A stretch of 64,000 nucleotides of DNA from positions 10,060 through 74,059 of the forward strand of contig CAZFSS010000015.1 in NCBI GenBank assembly GCA_964521715.1, in the 5' to 3' direction. Each line of letters starts with the position of its first letter. The stretch's first letter is position 1. Shown in pieces: positions 36,045 through 45,472 of this stretch. The notes beneath the pieces were generated by a model. The model worked only from the letters and a program-made list of their open reading frames with translations. It ran no database searches and was not told the DNA's origin. Origin of the DNA: an uncultured candidatus Brocadiaceae bacterium. GTDB taxonomy: Bacteria; Planctomycetota; Brocadiia; SM23-32. A program made the translations under genes and the position numbers.

Positions 36045-36806
36045 ATGACGCCGATCACCCTGAAGTCGCCCCCTGAACTGGCCAGGATGCGCGAGGGCGG
36101 TCGGCTTCTGGCGCAGGTGCTCCGGCTCCTTGAAACCATGGCACAGCCCGGCACGACGACCGGGGACCTGGATCTGGCCGCCGGGCGATACATCGAGGAA
36201 CACGGTGCCAGAGCGGCCTTCAAAGGCTACAGGGGCTTCCCGGCGAACATCTGCACGAGCCTGAACGAGGAGGTCGTCCACGGCATCCCGGGCTCCCGTA
36301 AGCTGAAGGAAGGCGACCTGCTGAAAGTTGACGTCGGCGTCGTCTGGGAAGGCCTCTTCACCGACGCCGCCCTTACGGTGCCCGTCGGCCAGGTGAGTGA
36401 GGAGGCGAACCGGCTGATGGCGGCCACGCAGGAAGCGCTGAATGCGGGCGTCGCGGCCGTGCGAGCCGGCGTGAAGGTCAGCCACATCTCGGCAGCCGTC
36501 CAGAGGACGGCCGAGGGCCGAGGCTTCCGCGTGGTGACCGAGTACACGGGCCACGGCATCGGCCGGGCACTGCACGAGGACCCGAAGGTGCCTAACTTCG
36601 TGTCCGCGGGCCTGTTGCGACACGACGCGGTCTTGCAGAAGGGCGTGACGGTGGCGATCGAGCCTATGGTCAACGCGGGGACGCACCGCACGCAGCTCCT
36701 GGCCAACGGCTGGACCGTGGTGACGCGGGACGGCAGGCTGTCCGCGCACTTCGAGCACACCGTGGCCGTCGAGCAGACTGGGCCCGTCATACTGACGTTG
36801 CCGTAA
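36045..36806 (+). CDS. map: Methionine aminopeptidase type I
   Basis: HGIPG, GHGIG, EPMV, HFEHT. Confidence 0.97.
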   Translation: MTPITLKSPPELARMREGGRLLAQVLRLLETMAQPGTTTGDLDLAAGRYIEEHGARAAFKGYRGFPANICTSLNEEVVHGIPGSRKLKEGDLLKVDVGVVWEGLFTDAALTVPVGQVSEEANRLMAATQEALNAGVAAVRAGVKVSHISAAVQRTAEGRGFRVVTEYTGHGIGRALHEDPKVPNFVSAGLLRHDAVLQKGVTVAIEPMVNAGTHRTQLLANGWTVVTRDGRLSAHFEHTVAVEQTGPVILTLP

Positions 36807-36811
36807 GGGAC

Positions 36812-36840
36812 TTGCAGCGACGAGGAACCGCTGATATAAT
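36812..36840 (+). promoter_or_regulatory. Internal promoter upstream of infA
   Basis: TTGCAG-17 nt-(TG)aTATAAT. Confidence 0.65.
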
Positions 36841-36858
36841 GGCAATTTTGAGCTAGGC

Positions 36859-37074
36859 ATGGCAAAAGAGGAACCGATCAGAGTCAAGGCCAGGGTGAAG
36901 GAGGCCCTTCCCAACGCCATGTTCCGCGTGGAGCTGGAAGACGGCCATGAGGTTCTGGCTCACGTCTCTGGCAAGATGAGGATGAGGTTCATCCGCATCC
37001 TGTCGGGCGACATGATTACCCTCGAGATGTCCCCCTACGACCTGACCAAGGGAAGGATCGTCTGGCGGGATTAG
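36859..37074 (+). CDS. infA: Initiation factor IF-1
   Basis: [27 protein letters not shown]. Confidence 0.98.
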   Translation: MAKEEPIRVKARVKEALPNAMFRVELEDGHEVLAHVSGKMRMRFIRILSGDMITLEMSPYDLTKGRIVWRD

Positions 37075-37175
37075 GGCCTTCCCTCCGGAGGACCGGGAAG
37101 CGCCGCCCCGGCCCTCGGAGGTGATCGAACGTTGCGGCGGTTGCGGATGCATCAGAAGAGCGGCGGGTGATTCAG

Positions 37176-37289
37176 ATGAAAGTCCGGTCATCGGTCAAGC
37201 GGCTTTGTGAGGAATGCAAGGTAGTGCGCCGCAAAGGCGTCGTGCGCGTCGTCTGCCGCAACCCGAAGCACAAGCAGCGGCAAGGATGA
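37176..37289 (+). CDS. rpmJ: 50S protein L36 (absent from the ORF track, 37 aa)
   Basis: Hand translation [37 protein letters not shown]. Confidence 0.97.
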   Translation: MKVRSSVKRLCEECKVVRRKGVVRVVCRNPKHKQRQG

Positions 37290-37334
37290 CGCCGGTCCGG
37301 CGCGTTGGCTCAAGCGTGAGGTGGGAGAGAAGAC

Positions 37335-37721
37335 ATGCCGCGCGTAGTCGGAGTCGACATCCCTGGGGAGAAGCGCATCGTGATCGCGCTTAGAACCATT
37401 TATGGGGTCGGGAACACCTCGGCGGAGCACATCTGCGATGTGCTGAGCATCGATCCCAATAAGCGCGCGCACGAACTGACCGAGGACGAGCTGAGCCGCA
37501 TCGCCTCCTACGTGGACCAGAACTTCATCATCGAAGGCGAACTGAAGCGGCTGGAAGCGGCCAATATTGCAAGGCTGCGCAACATCGGCTGCTACCGGGG
37601 CATACGGCATCGCAAGGGCCTGCCCGTCCGCGGCCAGCGAACGCGCACCAACGCCCGTACGCGCAAGGGCAAGAAGCGCACCGTGGCCGGCAAGAAGGGC
37701 GTCAAGGAGCTCGGCCACTAA
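37335..37721 (+). CDS. rpsM: 30S protein S13
   Basis: GLPVRGQRTRTNARTRKG. Confidence 0.98.
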   Translation: MPRVVGVDIPGEKRIVIALRTIYGVGNTSAEHICDVLSIDPNKRAHELTEDELSRIASYVDQNFIIEGELKRLEAANIARLRNIGCYRGIRHRKGLPVRGQRTRTNARTRKGKKRTVAGKKGVKELGH

Positions 37722-37751
37722 GGCCCCCAAGCGCAGGCGTCGTCGCCCTGA

Positions 37752-38600
37752 GTGGGTCTTCTGAACACGGCAGGTGAGCGTGTGGAACATGGCGCACTTC
37801 TGAACCGCCTGCTCGGCAGGCAGGACCTGCTCAAAGCGATCGAGCTGCTGGGGCCGGACGGGCAGAGCGACACTCGCAAGTCCAAGAAGCTGCGCGAAGT
37901 CTGCGGCTTCTGCGAGCTGATACTCAGGTACGTCGGCGCGTGCCTGGCCAAGCAGGATTTCGTACGGATCGTTGAGTTCTCCTGTGGGAAGAGCTACCTG
38001 GGCATTGTCCTGGTGCTGTTGCTGCGGGAGCTGCTGGGCAAGGAGGTGGCCCTGATCGGGGTGGACGTCAACCCGGATCTGGTGGCCAAGTGCAGGCAGG
38101 TGGCCGCCGCGGCCGGCCTGGAGGACGCGGAGTTCGCGGCCAGCCGGACGCTGGAGTTTCGGACGGACCAGGCGGTCCACGTCGTCGTTGCGTTGCACGC
38201 CTGCGACACGGCCACGGACGAGGCCATCGCCAGGGGCATCCAGTTGGGCGCCCCGTTGATCCTGGCGGTTCCGTGTTGCCAGAACCAGATACGTGGGCAG
38301 ATCAAGTCCGGCCATCCGTTGACGGCCATGACGGAGTTCGGCCCGATCCGGTATCATCTGGCGAATCTGCTCACGGACGTGCTGCGGGCGCAGTTCCTGC
38401 ACAGCGCGGGCTACCACGTCGAGATGCTTGAGATTGGCTCTCCGCGGTTGACCCCAAAGAACCTGTGCATCTGCGCCCGAAAGGTCAAGCGCGCCGCGAG
38501 GGCCGGACGCGACAGCGGCTACAAGATGCTGAAGGAGTTCTTCGACGTCCGGCCGAAGGTCGAGCAGTTCTGCCCGGGCGTTATCAGCAACGGGGAGTGA
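37752..38600 (+). CDS. Class I SAM-dependent methyltransferase (Methyltransf_32-like)
   Basis: [28 protein letters not shown]. Confidence 0.88.
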   Translation: MGLLNTAGERVEHGALLNRLLGRQDLLKAIELLGPDGQSDTRKSKKLREVCGFCELILRYVGACLAKQDFVRIVEFSCGKSYLGIVLVLLLRELLGKEVALIGVDVNPDLVAKCRQVAAAAGLEDAEFAASRTLEFRTDQAVHVVVALHACDTATDEAIARGIQLGAPLILAVPCCQNQIRGQIKSGHPLTAMTEFGPIRYHLANLLTDVLRAQFLHSAGYHVEMLEIGSPRLTPKNLCICARKVKRAARAGRDSGYKMLKEFFDVRPKVEQFCPGVISNGE

Positions 38601-38653
38601 TGCTGCCGCCGGCGACGGCGGCTTGGAGCGCGAAGACGAGAGGATCCGACGCA

Positions 38654-39031
38654 ATGGCCAAGAGCAAGGCAGTGACCCGCCGGGCGGGCAGCAGGGCCGT
38701 GGCTCACGTGCAGGCCACGTTTAACAACACGCGCATCACGATTACGGACCTGAAGGGCGACGTGCTCTGCTTCGAGACCGCCGGCACGTGCGGGTTCACG
38801 GGCTCGCGAAAGAGCACGCCGTTCGCCGCGCAGCGGGCGGCAGAGCGCGTGGCCGACAAGGCCAAGCGCATGGGCGTACAGGAACTCGAGGTGAGGGTGA
38901 AAGGGCCCGGTTCGGGCAGGGAATCGGCGATCACGGCCCTGGAAGCCGCGGGCCTGTCGATACAATCGATTGAGGACGTGACGCCTCTGCCTCACGACGG
39001 ATGCCGGCCGCGCAAGCGGAGGCGCGTCTGA
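38654..39031 (+). CDS. rpsK: 30S protein S11
   Basis: [25 protein letters not shown]. Confidence 0.98.
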   Translation: MAKSKAVTRRAGSRAVAHVQATFNNTRITITDLKGDVLCFETAGTCGFTGSRKSTPFAAQRAAERVADKAKRMGVQELEVRVKGPGSGRESAITALEAAGLSIQSIEDVTPLPHDGCRPRKRRRV

Positions 39032-39108
39032 GCGTGGAGACGGCCCTGCGCCGCACCGTGGCCCGGGCGCAGGCTGCGAACTGCACCGCTGTTGAGGAAA
39101 CACAAAGC

Positions 39109-39729
39109 ATGGCCAGGCATACTGGACCTAAGTGCAAGCTGTGCCGCCGCGAGAGCGTCAAGCTCTACCTGAAGGGAGCCCGCTGCCATACTGCCAAGTG
39201 CCCCATGGAAGGGCGGCCCAAGCCGCCGGGGATGCACTGGCGGCGAAAGCGGCCCACCGAATACGGCATCCGGCTGCGCGAGAAGCAGAAGTGCAAGCGG
39301 TACTACGGCGTGCTGGAGAGGCAGTTCCGACGGTACTTCGCCATGGCCCAGAAGATCGCGGGCAACACGGGCGACACCTTGCTGCGCCTGCTCGAGCGAC
39401 GGCTGGACAACGTGCTGACGATCTGCGGCTTCGCCCTGTCCAGGGCTCAGGCGCGGCAGCTCGTGGCGCATCGCCGCGTCCAGGTCAACAGCACGCCCGT
39501 CAACGTGTCCAACTACCTGGTCGAAGAGGGGGACGTGATCCGGCCCGTGCCGGACGACGCGATCCTGGAGGCCGTGCGGGCCAGGCGCGAGGAGACGGGC
39601 CACCCCCAGCCCGGCTGGTGCGAGGTCAACGACGCGGACCTGACCATTAGAGTGGTTAGGATGCCCGTGCGGGAAGACGTGACGGCTCAGGTCGAAGAGG
39701 GCCTCGTCGTCGAGTTCTGCGCTCGCTGA
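39109..39729 (+). CDS. rpsD: 30S protein S4 (Zn-type N-terminus)
   Basis: CKLCRRE, LREKQK, LERRLDN. Confidence 0.98.
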   Translation: MARHTGPKCKLCRRESVKLYLKGARCHTAKCPMEGRPKPPGMHWRRKRPTEYGIRLREKQKCKRYYGVLERQFRRYFAMAQKIAGNTGDTLLRLLERRLDNVLTICGFALSRAQARQLVAHRRVQVNSTPVNVSNYLVEEGDVIRPVPDDAILEAVRARREETGHPQPGWCEVNDADLTIRVVRMPVREDVTAQVEEGLVVEFCAR

Positions 39730-39801
39730 GGTCCGCGCAGTTCCCCGGGAAACGAGGGCGGTTACGCCCTGTTCCTCCAAGACGCGATCGGAGGCGAATA
39801 G

Positions 39802-40806
39802 ATGGCTATGAGAGCAAGATGGCGGGGGCTGGAGCTTCCCGTTCAGGTCCGGGTCAGCCGGGACACGCTGACGGACACCTACGGCGAGTTCATCGCGGAG
39901 CCGTTCGAGCGTGGATTCGGCAACAGCATCGGCAACAGCCTCAGGCGCGTCCTGCTGTCGTCGATCGAGGGCTCGGCCGTCGTGGCCGTCAAGTTCGGGC
40001 GCGTTCAGCAGGAGCTGAGCGCCATCAAGGGCGTCCTGGAAGACGTGCCCGAGATCATCCTGAACATCAAGGAGCTGGTGTTCAGGCTCCACCCGGACGA
40101 TGAGAAAACGCTCCGCGTCGAAGCCCACAAGAAGGGCGTCGTGACCGCTGGCGACATCAACCCCGACCCGGACGTGGACATCATCAAGCCCGCCCAGGTC
40201 ATCGCCACCCTGACGGACGACGCCGACTTCCTCTGCGACATGACCGTCAGGAAGGGCAGGGGATACGTCCCCTCCGAGGAACATGAGAACTTGCCGAAAG
40301 ACATCGGCATGATCCCCGTCGACGGCCTGTTCTCGCCCGTCAGGCGCGTCAGCTACCGTGTGGAAGATACCCGCGTCGGACGCAAGACCAACTACGACCG
40401 CCTTATCCTCCAGGTGCACACCAACGGCGTCGTCGACCCCGAAATGGCCGTCGTGGAGGCCTCCAAGATCCTGCGCAAGCACCTCAACCCCTTCGTCGAA
40501 TACTTCGAGCTGAGCCGGCAGCTCCCCCAGCAGGAGCCCGAGCCCATCGCTGAGATAAAGCACCTGGACAGGCCGCACATACCCGAATCGACGCTCTCGA
40601 TGCCCATCTCGGCGCTCGACCTGAGCGCCCGGGCCTCCCACTGCCTCCAGGGCGAAGGCATCAAGACCATCGAGGACCTGCTCGCCAAATCCGAAAAGGA
40701 TTTGCTGGACGTGCGCAACTTCGGCAAAGTGTCCCTGAGCGAGGTGGCCCAGAAGCTGGCCGAGCATGGGCTCGAGGTCGGACTGCTGGCCAACCAGGAA
40801 GGCTGA
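39802..40806 (+). CDS. rpoA: RNA polymerase alpha subunit
   Basis: EPFERGFG, GNSLRR, RNFGKVSL. Confidence 0.98.
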   Translation: MAMRARWRGLELPVQVRVSRDTLTDTYGEFIAEPFERGFGNSIGNSLRRVLLSSIEGSAVVAVKFGRVQQELSAIKGVLEDVPEIILNIKELVFRLHPDDEKTLRVEAHKKGVVTAGDINPDPDVDIIKPAQVIATLTDDADFLCDMTVRKGRGYVPSEEHENLPKDIGMIPVDGLFSPVRRVSYRVEDTRVGRKTNYDRLILQVHTNGVVDPEMAVVEASKILRKHLNPFVEYFELSRQLPQQEPEPIAEIKHLDRPHIPESTLSMPISALDLSARASHCLQGEGIKTIEDLLAKSEKDLLDVRNFGKVSLSEVAQKLAEHGLEVGLLANQEG

Positions 40807-40854
40807 CGCCGGACCGTTGCCACGGCGCTTCCGCAGAACTCCGAGTGACCGAAC

Positions 40855-41499
40855 ATGAGACACAGGAAAAAGGGACGCAACCTCAGCAGGTCAAGCAGCC
40901 ACCGGCTGGCCCTGCGCCGCAACATGGCCCAGGCGCTGCTGCTCCGCGAACGGATCATCACCACGCCCGCCAAGGCGAAGGAAGTCCGCCCGTTCGTCGA
41001 GCGCCTCATCACGCTCGCCCGGCGCGCATTGCCCTTCAGGGACACCGGCGACCCGGTTGACAGGGCGAAGTACCTGCACAACTACCGCCAGGCGCTGCAG
41101 CGCCTCCAGAACAAAGAGATGGTGCAGAAGCTGTTCGGCGAAGGCCGCTGGCGGCAGGAAGAGCAGTGCCTCGCCGAGCGCTACGCCGACAGGCCCGGCG
41201 GCTATACCCGCATCGTCCGGCTGGCGGGCAGCCGTCTCGGCGTCCCCGTCGGCACAACCGTGGGGGACATCCCTGAGCTCCCTTATGAGATCGCCGGCGC
41301 CGAGAGGGTGCTGCGACTGACGGGCAACCGCCTCGGCGACAACGCGCCGCAGGTCCTGTTCGAGCTCGTCGAGAAGCGCAAGGCCCTGGCGGAGGAAGAG
41401 GTGGCTCCCGCCGTTACCGTCTCGGAGGAGGTCGAGGAATCCGAACCAGAGGAGGCACCCGAGGAAGAGCCCGCAGACGAGGCCGAACCGACCGCGTAG
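40855..41499 (+). CDS. rplQ: 50S protein L17 with insertions and acidic tail
   Basis: MRHRK, RIITTPAKAKE, GGYTRI, RLGDNAP. Confidence 0.96.
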   Translation: MRHRKKGRNLSRSSSHRLALRRNMAQALLLRERIITTPAKAKEVRPFVERLITLARRALPFRDTGDPVDRAKYLHNYRQALQRLQNKEMVQKLFGEGRWRQEEQCLAERYADRPGGYTRIVRLAGSRLGVPVGTTVGDIPELPYEIAGAERVLRLTGNRLGDNAPQVLFELVEKRKALAEEEVAPAVTVSEEVEESEPEEAPEEEPADEAEPTA

Positions 41500-41525
41500 G
41501 CTGAGTCACCCATCGTGCATGAGAG

Positions 41526-41551
41526 AGCGGACCACCAGACGGTGGTCCGCT
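41526..41551. terminator. 11-bp hairpin between convergent rplQ and trxA
   Basis: AGCGGACCACC-agac-GGTGGTCCGCT; U-tract weak. Confidence 0.5.
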
Positions 41552-41687
41552 TCCGCTTCGGGGGCAGACATTCCCCCAGATATGACAGCCCACGCCGTAG
41601 CAGCGCACGTACGGGGACCCGCGCGTGCCTCAGGCGGGGACGGCATGCCCAGCGACTGGCTCCCCCAGATCTGACCTTGAAGGTGTC

Positions 41688-42026
41688 CTAGCCCCCGGTC
41701 AGCTTGTCGATGGCCTTCTGGTACTCGGACTTCGGCCGGGCGCCGATCATGCGCAGATTCTGCACCTCGGCGCCGCCTCTAAAGAACAAGACGCTGGGAA
41801 TGGCGCTGATGCCGTAGCGGGCCGCCACGTTTGGGCTCTCGTCCACGTTGACCTTGCAGGTCTTGACCTTGCCGGAGTTCTCCTTCGCCAGCTCCTCGAT
41901 GGTGGGCGAGACCATCCGGCACGGCCCGCACCAGGGCGCCCACATGTCCACCACGACCGGAAGGCCGGACTTCAGAACCTCGGCCTCGAATGTCTTGTCG
42001 GTCACGTCCAGCGCCGTTCCGCTCAA
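41688..42026 (-). CDS. trxA: Thioredoxin
   Basis: WAPWCGPC; TTG start. Confidence 0.96.
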   Translation of the reverse strand: MSGTALDVTDKTFEAEVLKSGLPVVVDMWAPWCGPCRMVSPTIEELAKENSGKVKTCKVNVDESPNVAARYGISAIPSVLFFRGGAEVQNLRMIGARPKSEYQKAIDKLTGG

Positions 42027-42061
42027 GCTTCAGTCTCCCCGGCCGGTTGGCCGAGCCTGCG

Positions 42062-42637
42062 CTACGCTGAAGGGATGGTTTCCAGCATGTCCTGCGCCTT
42101 CACCTTCAGGTTGGTCAGTTGCCGCTTGGCCACCCGCTTGTTGTAGTTCGGCTCCTGTGGCCGGCCGTAAATCGACTCGTGCTCCTTCTTGTAGGGCTGC
42201 TCGGGCTTGACCTGGTCGGCCGTCGTCTGGAGCCATTTCATAAGCTCCGTGGTGGCGTCGCGGGCTTCCTCGTACTTGGCCCGCGCGAGCTTCGACTCGC
42301 CCTTGGCCCCCAGGGCGTCGCCGGCGAGAATCATGTCGCCGATCTCGCGCATTCTCTGCACGGGGTACTTGAAGAGATCCGGCTTCTGCGCGAAGGTCTT
42401 CTCCACCGCCCCCTGGTACATGTAGCCGGAGAAGACGAAGGCCGCGAAGCCGAGCGTCACGCCCAAAAGCAGGCCGCCGCCGAAGTGCTCAGGGTGCTTG
42501 TCCTTGCCCTTTGCCTTCTTGACTCTCGACTCGAAGGCCTCGCCGCTCTTCAGGTTCACGCCGCAGTGCTTGCACTCGATATCCCCCAGTTCCACGTCTT
42601 TCCCGCAACTGGGGCACTTCAGGATGACCTTCCCCAT
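42062..42637 (-). CDS. Zn-ribbon membrane protein, unknown function
   Basis: CPSC...CKHC, one TM, helical C-terminus. Confidence 0.75.
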   Translation of the reverse strand: MGKVILKCPSCGKDVELGDIECKHCGVNLKSGEAFESRVKKAKGKDKHPEHFGGGLLLGVTLGFAAFVFSGYMYQGAVEKTFAQKPDLFKYPVQRMREIGDMILAGDALGAKGESKLARAKYEEARDATTELMKWLQTTADQVKPEQPYKKEHESIYGRPQEPNYNKRVAKRQLTNLKVKAQDMLETIPSA

Positions 42638-42838
42638 CTCCGTTCCTCCCCGCTATCGCGCCCGCCGACTCTGGACCGACCTCCCATATTCTAGCAAACG
42701 GGACCCCGCTGTCAATCGTTGCACCTCGCGGATGGCGCGCGCCGTGCCCTTACTTCAGTCCGCCTGCCCACGTCTTGACTTCGGCGGCTGGAGGGCCAGC
42801 TTTCCGGTTGAGCCTTGCCATAGGCAGATGCCTGGCGG

Positions 42839-43939
42839 CTACTCCGTTCCGCCGTGTTCGCGCAGCAGGTCGGCGATCTCGTTGTGGCCCTTGTCCAGGG
42901 CGAGGCGCAGGGGAGTCTTGCCCTCCCAGTCGTGCGGGTTGACGTCCGCGCCGTGGGCCAGCAGGACCTCCACGACGTCCCGATGACCCTCCAGAACTGC
43001 GAGGTGCAGGGGCGTGTAGCCGTTCTTGCTCGTTGCGTTCACGTCGGCGCCGTTGGCCAGCAGGAACTCGGCGACGTTCGCGTGGCCCTCGTCGGCCGCA
43101 ATGTGCAGGGCCGTATAGCCATTGTCGCCGGCCGCATTAACACGGACACCCAGGTCGAGGTACCAGGACAGCCCCTCAGGGCTGCCCGAGCGCACTGATC
43201 GCCGGAACCACTGCTCGTATTCCTTCCTGTGTTGCTCTTCCCAATATGCCATCGTGCGCGCCTGGTCCCACGATGAGTAAAAGCCCGCGCCGGCGTACAG
43301 GAGCGCGACTGCGGCGGCGAGGACCAGGGGCACTCTCCCCCCGGGGGGCTTGTCCCACAGCTCGTCCACCCGCCGCTGGATCTCGCCGGCGTCGGCTTTC
43401 AGCGGACACATGAAGACCGGGCGCATGACGTACCCCCCCCTTACCAGGTAGAACCAACATAGCCCAATAGCGCTGTTGCACACGGCTAACAAACCGGCCA
43501 CTCCGATGCGGCGGGCCGCCGCCTCGCTGACGAAGAGCCGGGCTCCCGTGGTCAGCCATGCCTCCATGCCCCCGGGCAGGGCGAAGATGACGGAGACCGC
43601 GAGGACGATCAGCCAGACAAGCAGCCCCTCACGTGCCACGCGCGCATTCCGCGCCCCCGTCGTCTTACTCGCGAACAAGATGCTGGCTGCCAGCCACAGG
43701 GCAACGAACCCGAACCAGAAGACGCCCAGAATCGCCCACAAACGCCCCTCGGAGTTCCGTCCGGGTACGACGAACAACTCGAGGAGCAGGAATAGGTCCA
43801 GCAAGGCAAGGAGAAGCTTCCGGCTCACGCGTCCGTTGCGGGCTGCCGCCCTGTTCATGGCAAACAGAATGGTCGCCGGCGAGATGGCGATAAGCCCGAT
43901 GACGATTGCGCCCGCGGCAAGCCAGACGGCGCCGGCCAT
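42839..43939 (-). CDS. Multi-TM protein with C-terminal ankyrin repeats
   Basis: Hydrophobic segments then GYTALHIAA, GYTPLHLAV, GKTPLRLA. Confidence 0.85.
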   Translation of the reverse strand: MAGAVWLAAGAIVIGLIAISPATILFAMNRAAARNGRVSRKLLLALLDLFLLLELFVVPGRNSEGRLWAILGVFWFGFVALWLAASILFASKTTGARNARVAREGLLVWLIVLAVSVIFALPGGMEAWLTTGARLFVSEAAARRIGVAGLLAVCNSAIGLCWFYLVRGGYVMRPVFMCPLKADAGEIQRRVDELWDKPPGGRVPLVLAAAVALLYAGAGFYSSWDQARTMAYWEEQHRKEYEQWFRRSVRSGSPEGLSWYLDLGVRVNAAGDNGYTALHIAADEGHANVAEFLLANGADVNATSKNGYTPLHLAVLEGHRDVVEVLLAHGADVNPHDWEGKTPLRLALDKGHNEIADLLREHGGTE

Positions 43940-44076
43940 GCCCCGACCCCCCCTCAGCCCTGCGACATAACGCCGGCGATTGTATGTGATGGCGAATGGC
44001 CCCGTCAAGGCCGGTTCGATCCTCGAGGGCTCCCGCCCCGGGCGCCAAGCGCGGCTCGTGGGGCCGAACCGCTCCC

Positions 44077-44143
44077 GTAGGGGCACGGCGTCCGGCCTTC
44101 GCAGCCGAAGCTGTTTCGGCGGAGTAGGCCGCCGTGCCCCCAC
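44077..44143. repeat. REP-like nested palindrome
   Basis: GTAGGGGCACGGCG...CGCCGTGCCCCCAC enclosing GCCGAAG..TTCGGC. Confidence 0.55.
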
Positions 44144-44239
44144 CTCGGTCCGCGTGTGCAAGTCTTGACTTGGGCGGCGTGCGAGGGCTAAGCTGTGCCT
44201 GGACGCCCCCGACCCGCCCTGGCGTGCAGCGTGCGCACT

Positions 44240-45472
44240 ATGGAACAGCGAAACCAACGCGCAAAGGAACACAAACGCGTGGCCACGTTGCGGGGGGAGC
44301 TCGCCGCATGGGCGGGCCTCCGGCCGGAGGACGTGCGCGTCGTGCGGAGCCCATACCGCGTCTGCCCTCTCGGGGCGCACGTGGACCATCAACTGGGCAT
44401 GGTGACGGGCATGGCCCTTGACCGCACGCTCCTTGTTGCGTTCGCGCCCCGTGACGACCGGCGCCTCGTGCTCAAGAGCCACCAGTTCCCGAGCGTGAAA
44501 GCCATCCCGCTGGACGCGCTGCCCCCGTTTGCCGTCGGCGACTGGGCCGACTACGCGCGGGGCGCGGCCTTCGCCCTCGAGAGGCGGTCGCGCCTCGGAC
44601 GCGGGATCACGGCCATCGTGGACGGGCACGACGATGTGGGCGGCCTGAGCTCCTCCGCGGCGGCCGGCGTCGCCTACCTCCTGGCCCTGGAGGCGGCCAA
44701 CGGATTGGACGCCTCGTCGGCCGAGAACATCGAACTGGACCGCGTCATCGAGAACGACTACATCGGCCTGAACAACGGGATCCTCGACCAGTCCACGATC
44801 CTGCTGAGCCGCGCGGGCCACCTGACCCACGTCGACTGCGAGAGCGGCGAGAGCCGGCTCGTCCCGTTCGGGGGGACCGAGGAGTTCTCGGTGGCCGTGC
44901 TCTTCAGCGGGCTGCGCGCAAGGCTTTCCGACACGGATTACAACAAGCGTGTGCGCGAGTGCGACGAGGCGGCGGCCGTGCTGCTGGAGGCGGCCGGCAT
45001 CCAGGTGCACCCGGACCCGAAGCTGCGGGACGTCCCGCCGGAGGCGTTCGAGGAGCACGCCCGCCTGCTGCCCGAGCAGTGGCGACGGAGGGCGGCGCAC
45101 TTCTTCGGCGAGCAGGACCGCGTGCGGCGGGGCGTCGAGCTGTGGAAGCAGGGCGACCTGGAGGCGTTCGGCGGGCTGGTCAACGAATCCGGCCGCAGCT
45201 CGATCGAGAACTACGAGTGCGGCAACGAGTACCTGCGGACGGCTTACGAGGTGCTGCGCGACTGCTCGGGCGTCTACGGGGCGCGCTTCAGCGGAGCCGG
45301 CTTCCGGGGCTGCTGCGTCGGGCTGGCCCGGCCGGAGTGCGAGGGAGGGATCGCGCAGACGGCGCTCTCGGCCTACCTGGAGGCGCATCCCGACATGGAA
45401 GGGGAGGCGAAGGTCTACTTCTGCCGTCCGGCCGACGGCGCCGGGCTGCTCGATCGGGACGCCGCCCGATGA
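44240..45472 (+). CDS. GHMP sugar kinase, galacturonokinase-like
   Basis: PYRVCPLGAHVDHQ, GLSSSAA, GARFSGAGFRGC. Confidence 0.88.
   Translation: MEQRNQRAKEHKRVATLRGELAAWAGLRPEDVRVVRSPYRVCPLGAHVDHQLGMVTGMALDRTLLVAFAPRDDRRLVLKSHQFPSVKAIPLDALPPFAVGDWADYARGAAFALERRSRLGRGITAIVDGHDDVGGLSSSAAAGVAYLLALEAANGLDASSAENIELDRVIENDYIGLNNGILDQSTILLSRAGHLTHVDCESGESRLVPFGGTEEFSVAVLFSGLRARLSDTDYNKRVRECDEAAAVLLEAAGIQVHPDPKLRDVPPEAFEEHARLLPEQWRRRAAHFFGEQDRVRRGVELWKQGDLEAFGGLVNESGRSSIENYECGNEYLRTAYEVLRDCSGVYGARFSGAGFRGCCVGLARPECEGGIAQTALSAYLEAHPDMEGEAKVYFCRPADGAGLLDRDAAR

Noticed and set aside
43433-43440. G8 tract in the ankyrin gene as a phase-variation site
   Set aside because: Short, in frame, and plausible by chance at this GC
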